Numbered from the whole stretch's first letter, positions 40,801 through 53,880 are shown. The stretch is 56,177 bases of DNA, filler included, from Sluysia triapertura (GCA_046118255.1; 4 parts of 4 records of this genome joined end to end with filler, not necessarily neighbours in it); one strand, 5' to 3'. Notes: generated by a model not told the origin, from the sequence alone. Numbers and translations: made by a program.

Positions 40801-41325
40801 AATTACAATTATTTATTATACTGAATTTTTTAATTATATATAAAGCATTATCTTAAAGAATTACAGAACTTCCATCTCTTATATCAGTGATGGATAGAGA
40901 CTTTAATCTTCAGATTAATTGTGACAATTTTGAAGAATAAAATTTGAACAATTTTATATATTCGTTAGTAAATAATAAAGCAAAAGTTAGATCTAAACCT
41001 AAATTAAAATTAGATTGCAAAGATTTTATTACAGTTGTAATATAACATTAAAATAATACAATATTAATAGTCTTATAATTTTATAATAATGGAAAATGAA
41101 TAATTTTATTCAGAATAATAAAAATAGATTTAAAATCGAAACATCAAACAATTTATTACCGAATTAATAAATCATCACTTATATTTTATACTTCAAGTAT
41201 TGTATATTAACACAATTATAGTATATTTCTACAAAGTACAAAGATAATGAAGTTAATCAAGATAGTCACAAGCAGTTATAAAGCACTACAAAATATTCTG
41301 TCCGAGTATACATTTTTATTAATAG

Positions 41326-41417
41326 CTTGCCTTCAGTCAGAGATCGAATACAATTGGCCAAGTGAACATGAACTCCGTTCGAGATTTCAGCATTATATTG
41401 ATCAAGCAACATTCAAG
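41326..41417 (+). CDS. Isolated internal exon, product unknown
   Basis: TTTTTATTAATAG acceptor, AAG|GTATGT donor, open frame CLQSEIEYNWPSEHELRSRFQHYIDQATFK, raised GC. Confidence 0.65.
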
Positions 41418-43959
41418 GTATGTAAGATGCATAATACAACTTTGGTATTAAATTCCCACAACAATATTTTAATATTTCACTTCCTTATTGCTTATTCTAT
41501 TGTCTTCCTGAATTAATGTTAGTATGACCTCAACACTCAATTCCTCTTTCAGTATTATTTTGATTTTTTCTTCATTATTTTCATGATATTCTTATTTGCC
41601 TGTCAGTAGGTAGTGATTTTGACCATTTTCTAGAATCGAATACAAACAGTTTGCATATTCAATATTAATTCTATCACGTCTACCACCAATGCGAGCATTT
41701 TATATTTTATCAAATGTGTGCAACTACATTTGACCTACAAATATCATTGGATGATGATACAATGTGATTCTAAATGAGAAATGAAATTTCTATTGAGTTA
41801 TATTTAAGCATAATTTAATGTATCGTGATAACCTATTAAGCTAATATATTTAAATAAATCTTATTTAATATATAAATAGAAATACATATTTAAAATAAAA
41901 AATAAATTAATAACAATAAAAATTAATATAGAAACTTATTAGAAATTTTATATAAACAATAGTTTAAAAAGGTCAACATATAATAAATATTTAATATTAT
42001 GACGTAACATTTTTAAAATGAAATTTAATACTTGTTACTAAAAATAGCAATATACACAAATGATGATTGATAGATACATTTTATAAACTTGGTAATATTT
42101 TTTTCCTTCAAATACTGTTACCATCATTAATAGTAATCACTTGTGAATCACATGCGTAAATGTACGTGTGTACTTATTTAATTTCTGCAGAAATACACAA
42201 TTACCTGAACATTAATTTTATAAACACAATATGAATAATTCCAATATAGTGTGAATATTACATCATTTTAATTTAACACAAATGTCACATAAGAAAATAA
42301 ATTTATATAATATGAATATTTTGTAAATAATTTATTGTTCGGATTAGATTTTAATATTAATTACTTTAAAATATAATAATAATAATAATAATAATAAAAA
42401 GATTTCAATGAAGTACCAAAACATTATTTTTTTCATAATTGAAATTTTTTGCACTGTTTTCTATATATTCTTGTAACTATTTTTGATAAAAAAGAATTTT
42501 TATATTTGTTTAAATTACTTTGATTCTTATATAATAATATATAAAATATTTATTTTTTTAACGTGCACAAGATATTGAATAATATCTCGATTTTTAGAAT
42601 AACTGTAATTGAAGTTTGTTCATTATTAAATTCGCAAATTCATTTTAAAATCCAGATGCCTCTTAAATTGTCACTTAACATTGTTCAAACTTCTTTAATT
42701 ATGCTTACATCCGCATTTCTAACAAACTAATTGAAAACATCAATAAAAATCATTCATATTTCATACAAATACCTGTGAATAACAATTCTTTATATTTATG
42801 TGAGTTCAATGTTGAAACAATAATCATCCAGACACTCATATTTCCATCGCCAGATACTCATATTACTCGTACATTTCCGTTATTTTTGGCATTGGTCTAT
42901 CCAGAGGAAATACTGTTAGTTAATACACATATAATCATTACCTCGTTTTATATTTATAACATTCTCGTTTGTAACAATTTGCATTCTCTATTTGGATTTT
43001 AACAGAATTCATTATTTAATGTATTTTTAATTCTTATATTTAATAGATTTGACATTTAGTATCATCAAATTTTCAGTTGAAACAGCAAAATACATTAATA
43101 AAAGATGCGATTTCATCACATTTTCATTCATCTTCAAACTTTCTTTCCAAATTTCATAATTTTACATTTTAATAATGTTCATAATATTATTAAGTAAACA
43201 TATTATTAAGTAAACAAAATAGTGTAATAAAAAATAATGATATTATTTAAACAACTAATTGTATTTAAAGTAAATATAACAATAAATTGTTTTTACTTTT
43301 TGTTACCTAAATGAATTCAGCTGACAATTAAAACTGACATGCATTTTGAAAATGTTTTGTCATTATATTTGTCTATATTCATTATTTAGAATACACCGAT
43401 TTATTCGTGATATTCAATATCAATTTTATATTAAATTTTAGCTTTTAAAATTTAAAAATTTTTTATTTAACTCATTTGAGGATTTAGGAATTTTACGTAC
43501 ACCAATTAGCGTAAAGAATGTTTGACAGTTTAATGTCATTTTATACATATCAATCAATACAGAATATATAGCATGCGGTACTTTTTTTAACAATTCGCCA
43601 CTCTAAACATTTCGATATTTAAGAGCTAAATTTGATTATGATCTAACCACAATTTCATTTTGATTGGAGAATTGACAATTATCTTACTGATTGCAGACAT
43701 CATTTCGAGAAAAATATTTTTATACTCATTAACATGTAATTTACTATAAATAATACATAAATTGCTACTTTCATCAGTTTTGATGCTCCTATTGCTCTTT
43801 ATTAATGTGCATACGAAGTGAAAATGATTTTCCGAAATATAAAAAAGGCATAAGTTATTTCTACAAAATAACTTCTTAATTCTATATTTATATTTGTTAT
43901 TGGTATGGTTGTTTCTATTTTTATAATTTAAACATACATATTATAGTTAGTAATAGCAT

Positions 43960-44400
43960 TTAAAGGTTTTGAAGCAGTAACCATCTGTTGCGAATGATAT
44001 TCGAGATAATTTGATATCAATTATTTATAATCAAAAATTTTGATGAATGAAATACAAAGATTTACTAATGGATTATCAGTTATGAGTACTAAACGAGCAA
44101 TCGAAAGTTTTTCAATTCGAGAAAACATTCAAAAGATGATTTGATATATGAAATTTTAAAATATAAAACAATTTAAGTAAAATTAATTTAAATTACTTAA
44201 CCGACTGACAAATACAATGATGATGCAATTGCCACCAAAGTCCAATACAATCGATATTGTAATGTGGGAGACTGGATATGATGGATAACTTAAGGTGCTA
44301 AGGAAATATATGCAGCCACATGTTTTATTCATGGGATTATAGGTATCAAATTTAAATTTAAATTAGAAGAAATCGCTCCTCTTAATGGAAAGCACAATTA
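43960..44400 (+). pseudogene. Probable ribose-phosphate pyrophosphokinase (PRPS-like) remnant
   Basis: PSVANDIRDNL resembles EPAVLKWIRENI and GAKEIYAATCFIHGI resembles GATRVYAILTHGI, in the right order, with stops and frameshifts. Confidence 0.4.
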
Positions 44401-45187
44401 GTTATAGTGTAAAGGAAAATAAGTAGTCATGAAATAACTAAACAGGTGACATTTTTCCACTTTAATTGATCCCTTATTTGATTGTAAATTATTTTGTCTC
44501 TCCATATCAGTCAGATGCACGAGATGTGCGAAGTTTAAATACAACACTTTTTTTTAGAAAAAATAGTATTACACAGATGATATTTAAAAACAAATCAGAT
44601 CGTTACAAACATACAAGAAATAAACAACAATCTCGAACGTATCATTCATATTAAATATATTTTTTGAAAAAGAAAACAGTTCATAAATTCAAGACACCAA
44701 AAAAATAAGTAAACAAGATGTATCCCTAGACGAAAAATTAAACAAGTTTAACATACCAAATATAATTCCAGAACATCCTTTGAATGTATTTCTTTGAAAA
44801 TATTCGATGTGCCACAATATTATTCTATTAATGTATAAATTACTTGCACGATGTAAAAGACAACGTTCGGTATTTATTCGACGGTTGAGATTGCTAATTT
44901 TTATATTAGTATTTTTCGTTATTAATATAATTGTTTTTTTTCAAAAATTATATTTTGCTTATGATTGTACTAGTCAAAATTATAATAAATTTATAAAATA
45001 GTATCGTCCCTCAGTTGTATCATTTCTAATTTACTAACACCAAACTTAAGATGATACGCAAAAACTAATATACCACAATCAATCAGTCAGATGGTTCCAG
45101 CTTGTGTCCGACTAAACTTGCTTTCTATAATTAATGTTATTTGTTTCTATGATAAACCGCCATAAGTTGGAACTAAATAACTACTAA

Positions 45188-45255
<68 letters not shown>

Positions 45256-45611
45256 CTCCGCTCATGGACCCCATATCTTTCTGCATACGATTTNNNNNNN
45301 NNNNNNNNNNNNNNNNNNNNNNNNNNNNNNNNNNNNNTTAATTAATTAANNNNNNNNNNNNNNNNNNNNNNNNNNNNNNNNNNNNNNNNNNNNAGGTTGT
45401 GATTGTTTGACAATGACCTTGTAGTGCTAAGAAACCAATTTTATTAATTGGCAGTATTTCTGATGTCCTATTTATAACAATTTGACATTTTTGGATTTTA
45501 TAAGAATTAAATATTCGATGGAAAACGATTTTCGTCAAAAATCTTAGCAATTCCTAGACCTTTTACTACATTTTCCCTTTTTATAATAGAGTTGAAAATA
45601 TTTAATTCGAA

Positions 45612-45836
45612 ATGAATAACGTAGAAAATAAGAGAAAATGGTTTGGAAATAAATACTTGAAAATCAATGAAGAAACGTCAGCATTTATAATCATCGGTAA
45701 TAAAAATAGCGACAATACAAAAACAAGTGAAACAAAGTTAATTGTATGTGATAAGATACCAGATACGAAACTAAATATAGGATGTTATATGGATTCAAAA
45801 ATAAACATGGAAGAAAATATTAATTGTGTAAAATAA
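45612..45836 (+). mobile_element. LINE (CR1/L2-like) reverse transcriptase C-terminal fragment
   Basis: KWFGNKYLKINEETSAFIIIG..NIGCYMDSKINMEENIN matches WxxxNxLKLNxxKTExIxxG..NLGVxxDxxLxxxxHI. Confidence 0.75.
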
Positions 45837-46079
45837 AATACATAATATTCATTTATCATTTTTGCTCATTTTTTCATTTTAAATAATAATTTAAATAGTA
45901 ATTTATCAATTTTAATTCTTCATTATTAACTAGTCTTAAAATAATTTATCATTGTTAATAAAATAAACTCATTTTAATAAAACATTGTTTAAGAATAATT
46001 AAGATTATAATGCTATTACATATAGTTAATATAAATTCAAAATTAAGCAGCAGATAATAATTAAATTTAAAGAGAAAAT

Positions 46080-46680
46080 TGTGGTGGCCAACCTATTACT
46101 TTAGCAAATTTTATTTTATCAATACATAACAAAATCACTCTTCATAATATTTCACAACTCTTAATACCATCAAACATTTTAAACATAAAAATTCACAACA
46201 GTAAAATCATATTCGATATCGAAAATAATCAATCATGCACTTAACAAAATCAAATTAAAACATTTTAAAAATAATTCAACATATTACACTTTTTATAACA
46301 TTTAACTGTTCTTTTCATCAAAATCTTATTCTAACATTTTCAAAACATTTCTATTTTGTAACCTAATAACATTGAAAATCACATTTTCACTTTCAGATCA
46401 ATAACAGACATTTAATAATTCATTAAAAACATTTTATTCATAGTTCCATAACAGTAAAATCATAATCTGTTAACATCTTACAACTACCTTTAGAATCTAT
46501 CGAAATCGTTGCTATATTTTATTTCTTTCAGATCCACGAAAATCATTTTTCACATCCCAAAACATTTTATGCATTATCTAATAATATTAAAATCACAATT
46601 ACACCGTAAAACTTTGAACACACGTCTTAAAATCAATCCAAAACATTACAAGCTTACAATCTTTTAAAACTCAGTCACTG
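46080..46680 (+). repeat. Dispersed C/A-rich repeat starting TGTGGTGGCCAACC (long copy, LTR-like start)
   Basis: Same 5' end as 18097 (+) and 55131 (-); strong strand asymmetry with almost no G. Confidence 0.8.
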
Positions 46681-46827
46681 AAAAAAACTTAATTTAAAGA
46701 TATTAAGTTAATAGAATTGTATTTTTAATCATTTTTAAGGAATTTAAATATGTTTAGAAACAGAATAAGTAAAAGGAAGATATTGTTTTGAGTATATTAA
46801 AAAGGATTTATGCTTTAACTTTATTTC

Positions 46828-46891
<64 letters not shown>

Positions 46892-47083
46892 TAATGTTAT
46901 TATTTTATTGTTATCAGGATTATTATTAATACCTCAACATTGGTACATTGATTTTGAATTCTATTCTTGATTTTATTGGAAACTAATGTAATTCTTTAAG
47001 ATAAGGTGTACATGAGATCTTCTTCCAACTTGGAGAATTAGTGTCGATGCTTGATTAATTATTAATTGTAATTATTTATTTAG

Positions 47084-47174
47084 AGACAAAATGAAAAATA
47101 CGAATTCGATAAAGCTTACGACAAGTTATTGAGTATAGAGAAACAATATTATCAAGGTACAACAGATCTTAAGA
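47084..47174 (+). CDS. Exon of a long coiled-coil protein (laminin alpha domain I-like)
   Basis: TTTAG..GTAAGT; RQNEKYEFDKAYDKLLSIEKQYYQGTTDLK; ends phase 1, matching the next exon. Confidence 0.75.
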
Positions 47175-47872
47175 GTAAGTGAAATTATAAATTTTTTTAT
47201 AAATCATGTTTGTTCGACATTCTTTTTTGTATGAATTGACTAAGACATTTTTATGGAATTTCATCGAACTATTAATGGAAACATTTTCAAAGAGTTTGTC
47301 ATGGTTTATATTTTCTGAAAAGAAATTCTTACATCTCATTCTAATAATTAAAAATTCTTTTTGTTTACAAATATTGAATTAAGTAAATGAAGTTTATTAT
47401 TTTCTGACTTATTGTTTAATATTATAGTATCATTTCTCCTAATTTTACAATCTGTTTTTATTGTATATTGGCACTTTTATTCTATGTAGTGACCCAATAA
47501 TTATACCATCGTTTTAAAAGTACACAGTCATACGATGGTAATGTCTTTCAATTAGTTTTAATATTTAATGCATCGTTCAAGTGAAAAGAATAAAGCCAAT
47601 AAAACACACGTGAAATGAATGTCTAGAAAATCTTTATATATTCGATATTTATTGTTTTATCTTAACATAAATTATATATGTGTAATAATGCAAACCTGTT
47701 AGCTTTTTTTCTGTCTTCAAATTTGACACATTACCAGAAACATTAGGTTATTATTAAGGTATTGTAATCTATATTTCAATAAGTGGTATAACATTATTCA
47801 ATTATTAAATTTATCCCTTAATCTATAAAAAAATTATAAAATTTACAAAAAATGAATTTAATTTTTATTCAG

Positions 47873-48026
47873 AAGCTTCAGTTGAAGCTAAAAGTGCAAT
47901 GTCTTCATCACATTCGCAGATAAAAGACATGAACAATGCTATTCGAGATGCTCAACAAAATTTAACAATAATTCAAATGATTACTAAAGATGTTCTGAAT
48001 GATAATCGAGCTGACAATTTAACTAG
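47873..48026 (+). CDS. Exon of the same coiled-coil protein
   Basis: TTCAG..GTAAAG; ASVEAKSAMSSSHSQIKDMNNAIRDAQQNL..; phases 1 to 2 consistent. Confidence 0.8.
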
Positions 48027-48942
48027 GTAAAGTTGAATTTTAAAGCTTGAAGATGATGCTATTTTTGATCAATTTCGATTTAATATTGTATTGAAACAAT
48101 AAAATCTTGTTATAATAGTTTCGGTTTATCGAGAATTAAACTCATCCAGTGCAGGTCTCATGATAAGATGCAAAATGAAAATTTAGATTTTCAATCAATT
48201 TTCTTATGAAAATATCCATATTCCTTTTATAAATATGAATAATTCAATCAGAATTGATTTAATAAATTATTTTTTCATTTTGAAAGCAGAAAACTACAAA
48301 AAATGTTACTTAGTGACGGGGTGGATTGTCACATTAGTGAAAGTTTTAGTAATATTGAATATTGTTTCATGATAAACTTGACAAACTACATCAACTTTAT
48401 ATTACTTATTAATTTTATTTATTACATAAAGTATACATATTTTATAATTTTCATTTAAATCTGATTGCAATATGAATAGAAAAACTAAATTTTTTTTACA
48501 TAATTACCAACTTTATAGCTTAATATTGCTAATGTCAACAATTTACATATCTTACATCTCTCATCGTCCGGATGCTATATTTGTTTTAATATCTTTAATA
48601 ATTCTTCATATACTTTCAATATTGTAAATAGCCATCATTGACAGTTCATTGATGTTCATGTCTTCATTCGTCATTTTCGTCACAACTGCGGACAAATATA
48701 AATCTTTCAGATTTGTTTTTTAACACTAATGCATTTATGACTACATTTATACATAATTCAGTAATGGCACGAAAAACGCCGTACTTGTGCTATATTTAGT
48801 AATCGTAATCTTTTACAAATGTTAATTTAAAGAAAATATAATTTTGTCTGTACATTGACAGAGTTTTAAATCAGTCATTATTTTCCATTGCAATTAATAA
48901 ATAATCTTTTTATTGTACATTTTAGTAATTATAAATTTTTAG

Positions 48943-49132
48943 CACTGTTAATGAACACATCAAAACTTGGAATGAATATAAACGAAGAGTGGATTCTTCA
49001 ATCAACACTTCTATCACCAATCAATTAAATCATGCTATTAAACAATTAGAATTGGCCAATAAAATTAAACAAGATGATTCAAAAATTTATAGAAATTTGA
49101 ATAATTATATTCAAACAAAAGAAATCGAACTT
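48943..49132 (+). CDS. Exon of the same coiled-coil protein
   Basis: TTTTTAG acceptor, phase 2; TVNEHIKTWNEYKRRVD..LNHAIKQLELANKIK; probable GTTGGT donor, phase 0. Confidence 0.75.
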
Positions 49133-50330
49133 GTTGGTTTTATTTATTTATTGCTTTTTGAAATTTATAAAAGTTTAACCTTTTATTGTACATTGTTAAT
49201 TTTTAACTTTATACGATTTATATATTTGTGTGTTATTTTATTTTTGAGGCTCTTGACGAGACCCGTTCTTGGAGGAAAGATAAAAGTGAAATTTAAAACG
49301 TATAAGAAATATTTCTTGACAAAAAGCTTCTCAAATCGTTAGATAAATGATACGAAATAGGTGAGATTATTGATAAACATACCAAAGCTACAATGTACAG
49401 TTTAATTTTAAAACGATATTTTAAAATTTTTATCAAGTAACGAGAATAGATTGAAGCAATATTTCGATTAGTTAATGTTATTGTAATTAAATTCGTTAAA
49501 TTTATTTGATGGAAGTTTTTTAAATAAATTTTATCAAAATCTTTTAGATCATTGTAAAATGAATGTAATTTATATTTATTAATTACAATTATACGATCTT
49601 TAAAATATAAGTTGTAAGATTTGAAATCAAAATAATTCTTATTTAATATCAAACAATAAGGATAATATATAAGGCATTTATTAATATGTAATTTAAGGCC
49701 GAGAATAAATAAAAGGTTTAAAACATAAATAAAATTCAACTAAAAACGAATAGTAAATAAAATCAAAATTTCGTATTTGACATAAACTCAATGAATCTTC
49801 ATTTACAGTCATAAATAGCGATCATCAATGAATTCGATCGAATCCAGTCGAGGAATGAACACCCGATTGAAATGGTTCTAACAATTTGAAACAACGAATT
49901 TATGTGTATGAATTGATAAAAGATATTGAATATCGTGCATGTGTTTTGTTAACTTGTAGTGTTATTATAAAGAAATGATGCTTTAAAAGTTGTTGAGAAT
50001 TCAGAGATATGATCGTATTATAAATTGCAATAATTCTTGAGACGTATGTGAATTATGGATAAATAAATTTTTATGTTAACAACATTATTTAAGGTTGAAT
50101 TACAAAGTTTCAAATTAAGTATAATATTAATTAAGGAAATATTCTTATTAAAACGTTTACTAACATTAATCTGTCTTAATATTGAACGCATAAAAATTAA
50201 ATGATAAAATTTCCTTATTGTGTATTATTGATTACAGAAATAATTTTATTAATAAAATTCTTGGTACTTATAATAACAAGTTTTCATCTTTACGATAGAA
50301 AGACTTTTATTTCCTATCATTGTACAACAG
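49133..50330. repeat. Intronic cluster of alpha copies (about 49133-49340 minus, 49340-49900 plus, 49960-50330 plus)
   Basis: PVLGGKI vs PIFGGKL (26219 ORF); TTTAAGGCC at 49692; GAATCTTCATT and AATTCGATC shared with the 1060 copy; AAATGATGCT near 49973. Confidence 0.55.
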
Positions 50331-50634
50331 TATTATTATCAATCAATAACTCAGTCACTGTCATTATATTGTTTGGTATCCTAAAAACTTTATTGGATCT
50401 TAATGTGGATGAATAAAATTTCTAAAACATCATTTACATTTTAAAAATCGCTTTATAATTCCAAAAATTAAATTAATATAACTAAACAATAATGAAATAT
50501 TTTCGAATAATCTAATATATATTAAAACAAAAATTCAAAGAAGTCTATTTTTGAATATATACACAAATTTTGTAGAGTGCTCTAACTTTGTAACCACTAT
50601 TATCAATAATTACTGTAATTATTACTTAATTCAG

Positions 50635-51104
50635 CTGATAATAAATAGAACTATGGAAATCAATGCTGATATATTGCTGAAGTTTCACAAAGCTGATGTA
50701 GCATTAGGCGAGGAAAATAAAAAGAACAAAAACGACATTACAACGTTACTTAGACTTCAATCAGAGTTGAACGAAAAAGTGAATAATTTACAATCTTCAT
50801 TGGATTTAGTAAAACTTAAAATTGTTACTAAATACCAAATGATGTCGAATTTAATACGATTATGAAAATTAAAACCATTGAAAATAGTATTAGGTTATTG
50901 AAAAACGACACTGATTTTTTAAACCGTGCAAGTGATGCTAAAGAAGTCTACGCAACAATAGAACAAAATATAAAAGAGGTGGAAGAAATAATTAAAGACT
51001 TGGAACAAAAACTTTCACTTATAAAGCCTAAAGTAAATGAAGTTGAACAATATGATAAAGAAATTAGACGACAGATCTTCGGATCCTCCTTCACCAGCTC
51101 CTGA
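50635..51104 (+). CDS. Exon of the same laminin-alpha-like protein with an apparent 1-nt frameshift near 50830
   Basis: TTCAG acceptor, phase 0; heptad-rich; DFLNRASDAKEVYATIEQNIKEVE recalls the laminin alpha domain I/II boundary. One extra A in TAAATACC joins the two ORFs. Confidence 0.6.
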
Positions 51105-51276
51105 CATTCCTGAAATTATAAAATATACAAAAATTTATTAATTAAATAATATGTAAATGATTAAAAATAAAAATAATCAATTTTGTTATAGCAGTAATGA
51201 TTAGATGCTATTATTGATATGAAGGTCGTATATTACTAAATTCTCTATTAGTATAATATTCATTGTAGTATTTAAC

Positions 51277-52269
51277 ATGTTATTTGAGTTAGTACATTCA
51301 AAAATGATGGATTTGGTCATTATGTGGTCTATATTAATATTACTCACAAATTTCCATGAACGCCTTTTTGCTAATACAAAATGTAGAATGGACAATTTAC
51401 ACGAAATTGACTTTAGTATGAATACGTTTGAATTAACAATGTATTGTTATTTATTTTCAAATCCGTGCTATAGTGCAGTTCGTTTTCATGTTGCTGATAA
51501 TGGTATAAAATGTGGAAGCAATTATAGCAAAACAATTTATCCTGGATTAATGTTAACGTCTGGATTAGTACATTACGTTCTCGACATGTTATCAATATCA
51601 GTTCATATCAAAGAAGTCTACATGTTTATGAGACCCATTTTTAGTTCTTTTACTGTTTTGATGACAATTTTATTAACTAAAGAAATGTGGAATGATAATG
51701 CTGGTTATGTTGCTGCCTATCTCATAGCAATTGCTCCTGGTTATTTAAGTCGAAGTACATCTGGAAGTGATGACAATGAAAATGTAGCTATCTTTGCTCT
51801 GCTATTAACATTTTATTTATGGACTAAGACTTTTAAATCTGATCATGTATTTTGGGCAGTTTTGTGTTCATTGGGTTATGTTTACGTGGTATCTGCATGG
51901 TGTGATTATGTTTTATTTGAAATGGTTATTTCATTTCTATTTTTATTCTTATATTTATTATATTATTATGCGTATGTTTTGTTCTTTGTATCAACAAATC
52001 TTGTCAAATTAAAGTTATTCAATACTTGTTTGTTTTTAATTGTTTCGGGCCTTAAGCCCTTGTTTGTTAATTTAAAAATGAGGTTAATAAATTGTTGTTT
52101 GTTAAAAATAACTTTTAGTAAATTAAAAAATAAAATAAAAACGAAGTTTTTTAAGTTAAAAAATGTTTGGCCCTCCACACTTCAATCTAAAAGAATCGTT
52201 AGTAGAACTTCTCGACTTCGTTGTATTTTCGGATTCGGTAAAGTTGATAAGCACAACATTGCTCACTGA
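51277..52269 (+). pseudogene. STT3: Intronless, truncated, degenerate STT3 oligosaccharyltransferase copy
   Basis: TIYPGLMLTS..IAIAPGYLSRSTSGSDDNENVAIFALLLTFYLW..VSAWCDYV (about 51532-51912) is clearly STT3. GSYDNEG has become GSDDNEN and WGGY has become WCDY; the C-terminal WWDYG domain is absent. Confidence 0.85.
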
Positions 52270-52300
52270 TGGCACTTTAAAAAATGACGAATCACCATGT
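51915..52300 (-). repeat. Alpha family copy forming the 3' part of the STT3 ORF
   Basis: TGGCCCT, CGTTAGTAGAAC, AGCACAAC and CACCATGTT match the reverse complement of 55511-55625 in order; GGGC-CTTAA-GCCC at 52047-52059. Confidence 0.75.
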
Positions 52301-52728
52301 TTATCGGTCTTGCTTGATGTTCCATGTGGTGTTATGTAATGTTATGTATTAATTAAAAGTTTTAATTTTATTATATTACTGTGAAAATATGCTTTTACGA
52401 ATTGTAATAACAATAAATCTTTAATATATTTATTATTATTTATTAGAAGTTTGGTAACATTATAAAACACAAAATTAGATACATAAGTTTTATTAGGATT
52501 ACTTAAAAGATAAACATTTAGTTTTAATGTTCTTATTTTGATTATGCCATCCCGAACTTGTTTTCGATTAACTTCGCAGAAGATTCTAATGAAAATAAAA
52601 TAATGTAAATAGATTTTAATGTCACTAATAAAGTTAATAATCAAGTTAAAGTTAACAATTACTTTTAAGTCATGATCATTGTTACTACCGAATGGCCTTG
52701 TGTCAATGATGATATCAATTGCTTTATT

Positions 52729-53880
52729 CTATTGATATGATCCACTAAGTTCGAAGTCCAAGAGATGTCGTTTGAGAATTCGGTTGCATTGTGTACATAC
52801 CGACAGTCGTGATTTATTATCTAAGTCTGATCGAATTAATGGCATCATGTTAGTATCAAGTTGAATGCTATTCTCTCTTAGAAAATATTTTTGCTTAATC
52901 TCTGGTGCTCCTAATAATTTCAATGGTTCGTGTCGACACGTTTGTAACTGACTATGTAGAATTACTTTTTAACAAAATGAAGTCAACTTGTAGAAATTTC
53001 AATGTCATATTCATCTTATTTTTATTGAACAAGTAACACATAATAAATAAGTTGTTATTATTGAACTTTAAGCGTTTGTAACTACTTTCTAACTCTTTTT
53101 CATTATAAATAATTAGTCTTAAAAGTGTAGTTCTTAGAGCATCATTTTTCTGCAAATCTAAATAAAAGACACAAAATCGTTTTTTCTCAGTTTCAAAGTT
53201 ATTTCCTGCAAAACAAATACAAAGACCTAAATTTACTTCAAACATTTATGTTTTTCATTAATAACTTTACTTATTTCTGCCAAAATACATTTATCATTAA
53301 TATTTTTACTAAATAAATATAAAGACTTAAATTTATTTCAAACTTTCGCTTAAATGTATCACTTTCATGATTATCATTAATGTTTATTACCCCATCTACT
53401 TTTTGTTTAATATCAGATAAGATTCCTTCAACGTGGGAATCGCATTGTTCCAAAATTCTTCTAAAAAATTTGAAATATCGTAAAATTCTTAAATAATTTT
53501 CTTGAATTCGATCAGCGCTGATTCCAACAAAACACATACTATTATTTTCTAAATCTTTAAAACCGCCCAAGCAATCGTATATAAAATCATCTTGATCTGA
53601 AATTAAAGAGTTAATAGTTTAATCACGTCTTTCGGCATTTATTTTCCAATCTTTTGTAAAAAGAACTTGTGCTTTGTCAACATCAGAATAGTTATTCCAA
53701 CATTTTCTTTATCTTTAATTTCGGCATTTGTTAATTCTGAAAGAGCTTCTAATCTAAGTAAATTAAATTCGTTGAATATTTTGTAATCTTATGAAACATC
53801 ACATCTTTAAAATCGGTTGTCTTATTGTGTTTTTTTACTATTAGACTATCCATTTAATAAATCTCGATTGTTGCTAACAA
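52729..53880 (-). pseudogene. TRNT1: Intronless CCA tRNA nucleotidyltransferase pseudogene
   Basis: RDLLNG; FTKDWKINAERRD*TINS with a stop at 53619-53621; GFKDLEN..FVG..RIQENYLRILRYF (EDxxR motif D to N). Weaker similarity continues through TLL..RLK and ..SGSYQ. Confidence 0.88.

Noticed and set aside
42780-42930. WD40/ARPC1-like peptide NSISSG..VSGDGNMSVW on the minus strand
   Set aside because: Too short and stop-ridden to support a call.
52047-52059. Resemblance of GGCCTTAAGCCC to twister GGTCCCAAGCCC, or of the reverse strand to a tRNA-Leu(UAA) anticodon arm
   Set aside because: No twister pseudoknot partners and no D arm, T arm or acceptor stem around any copy.
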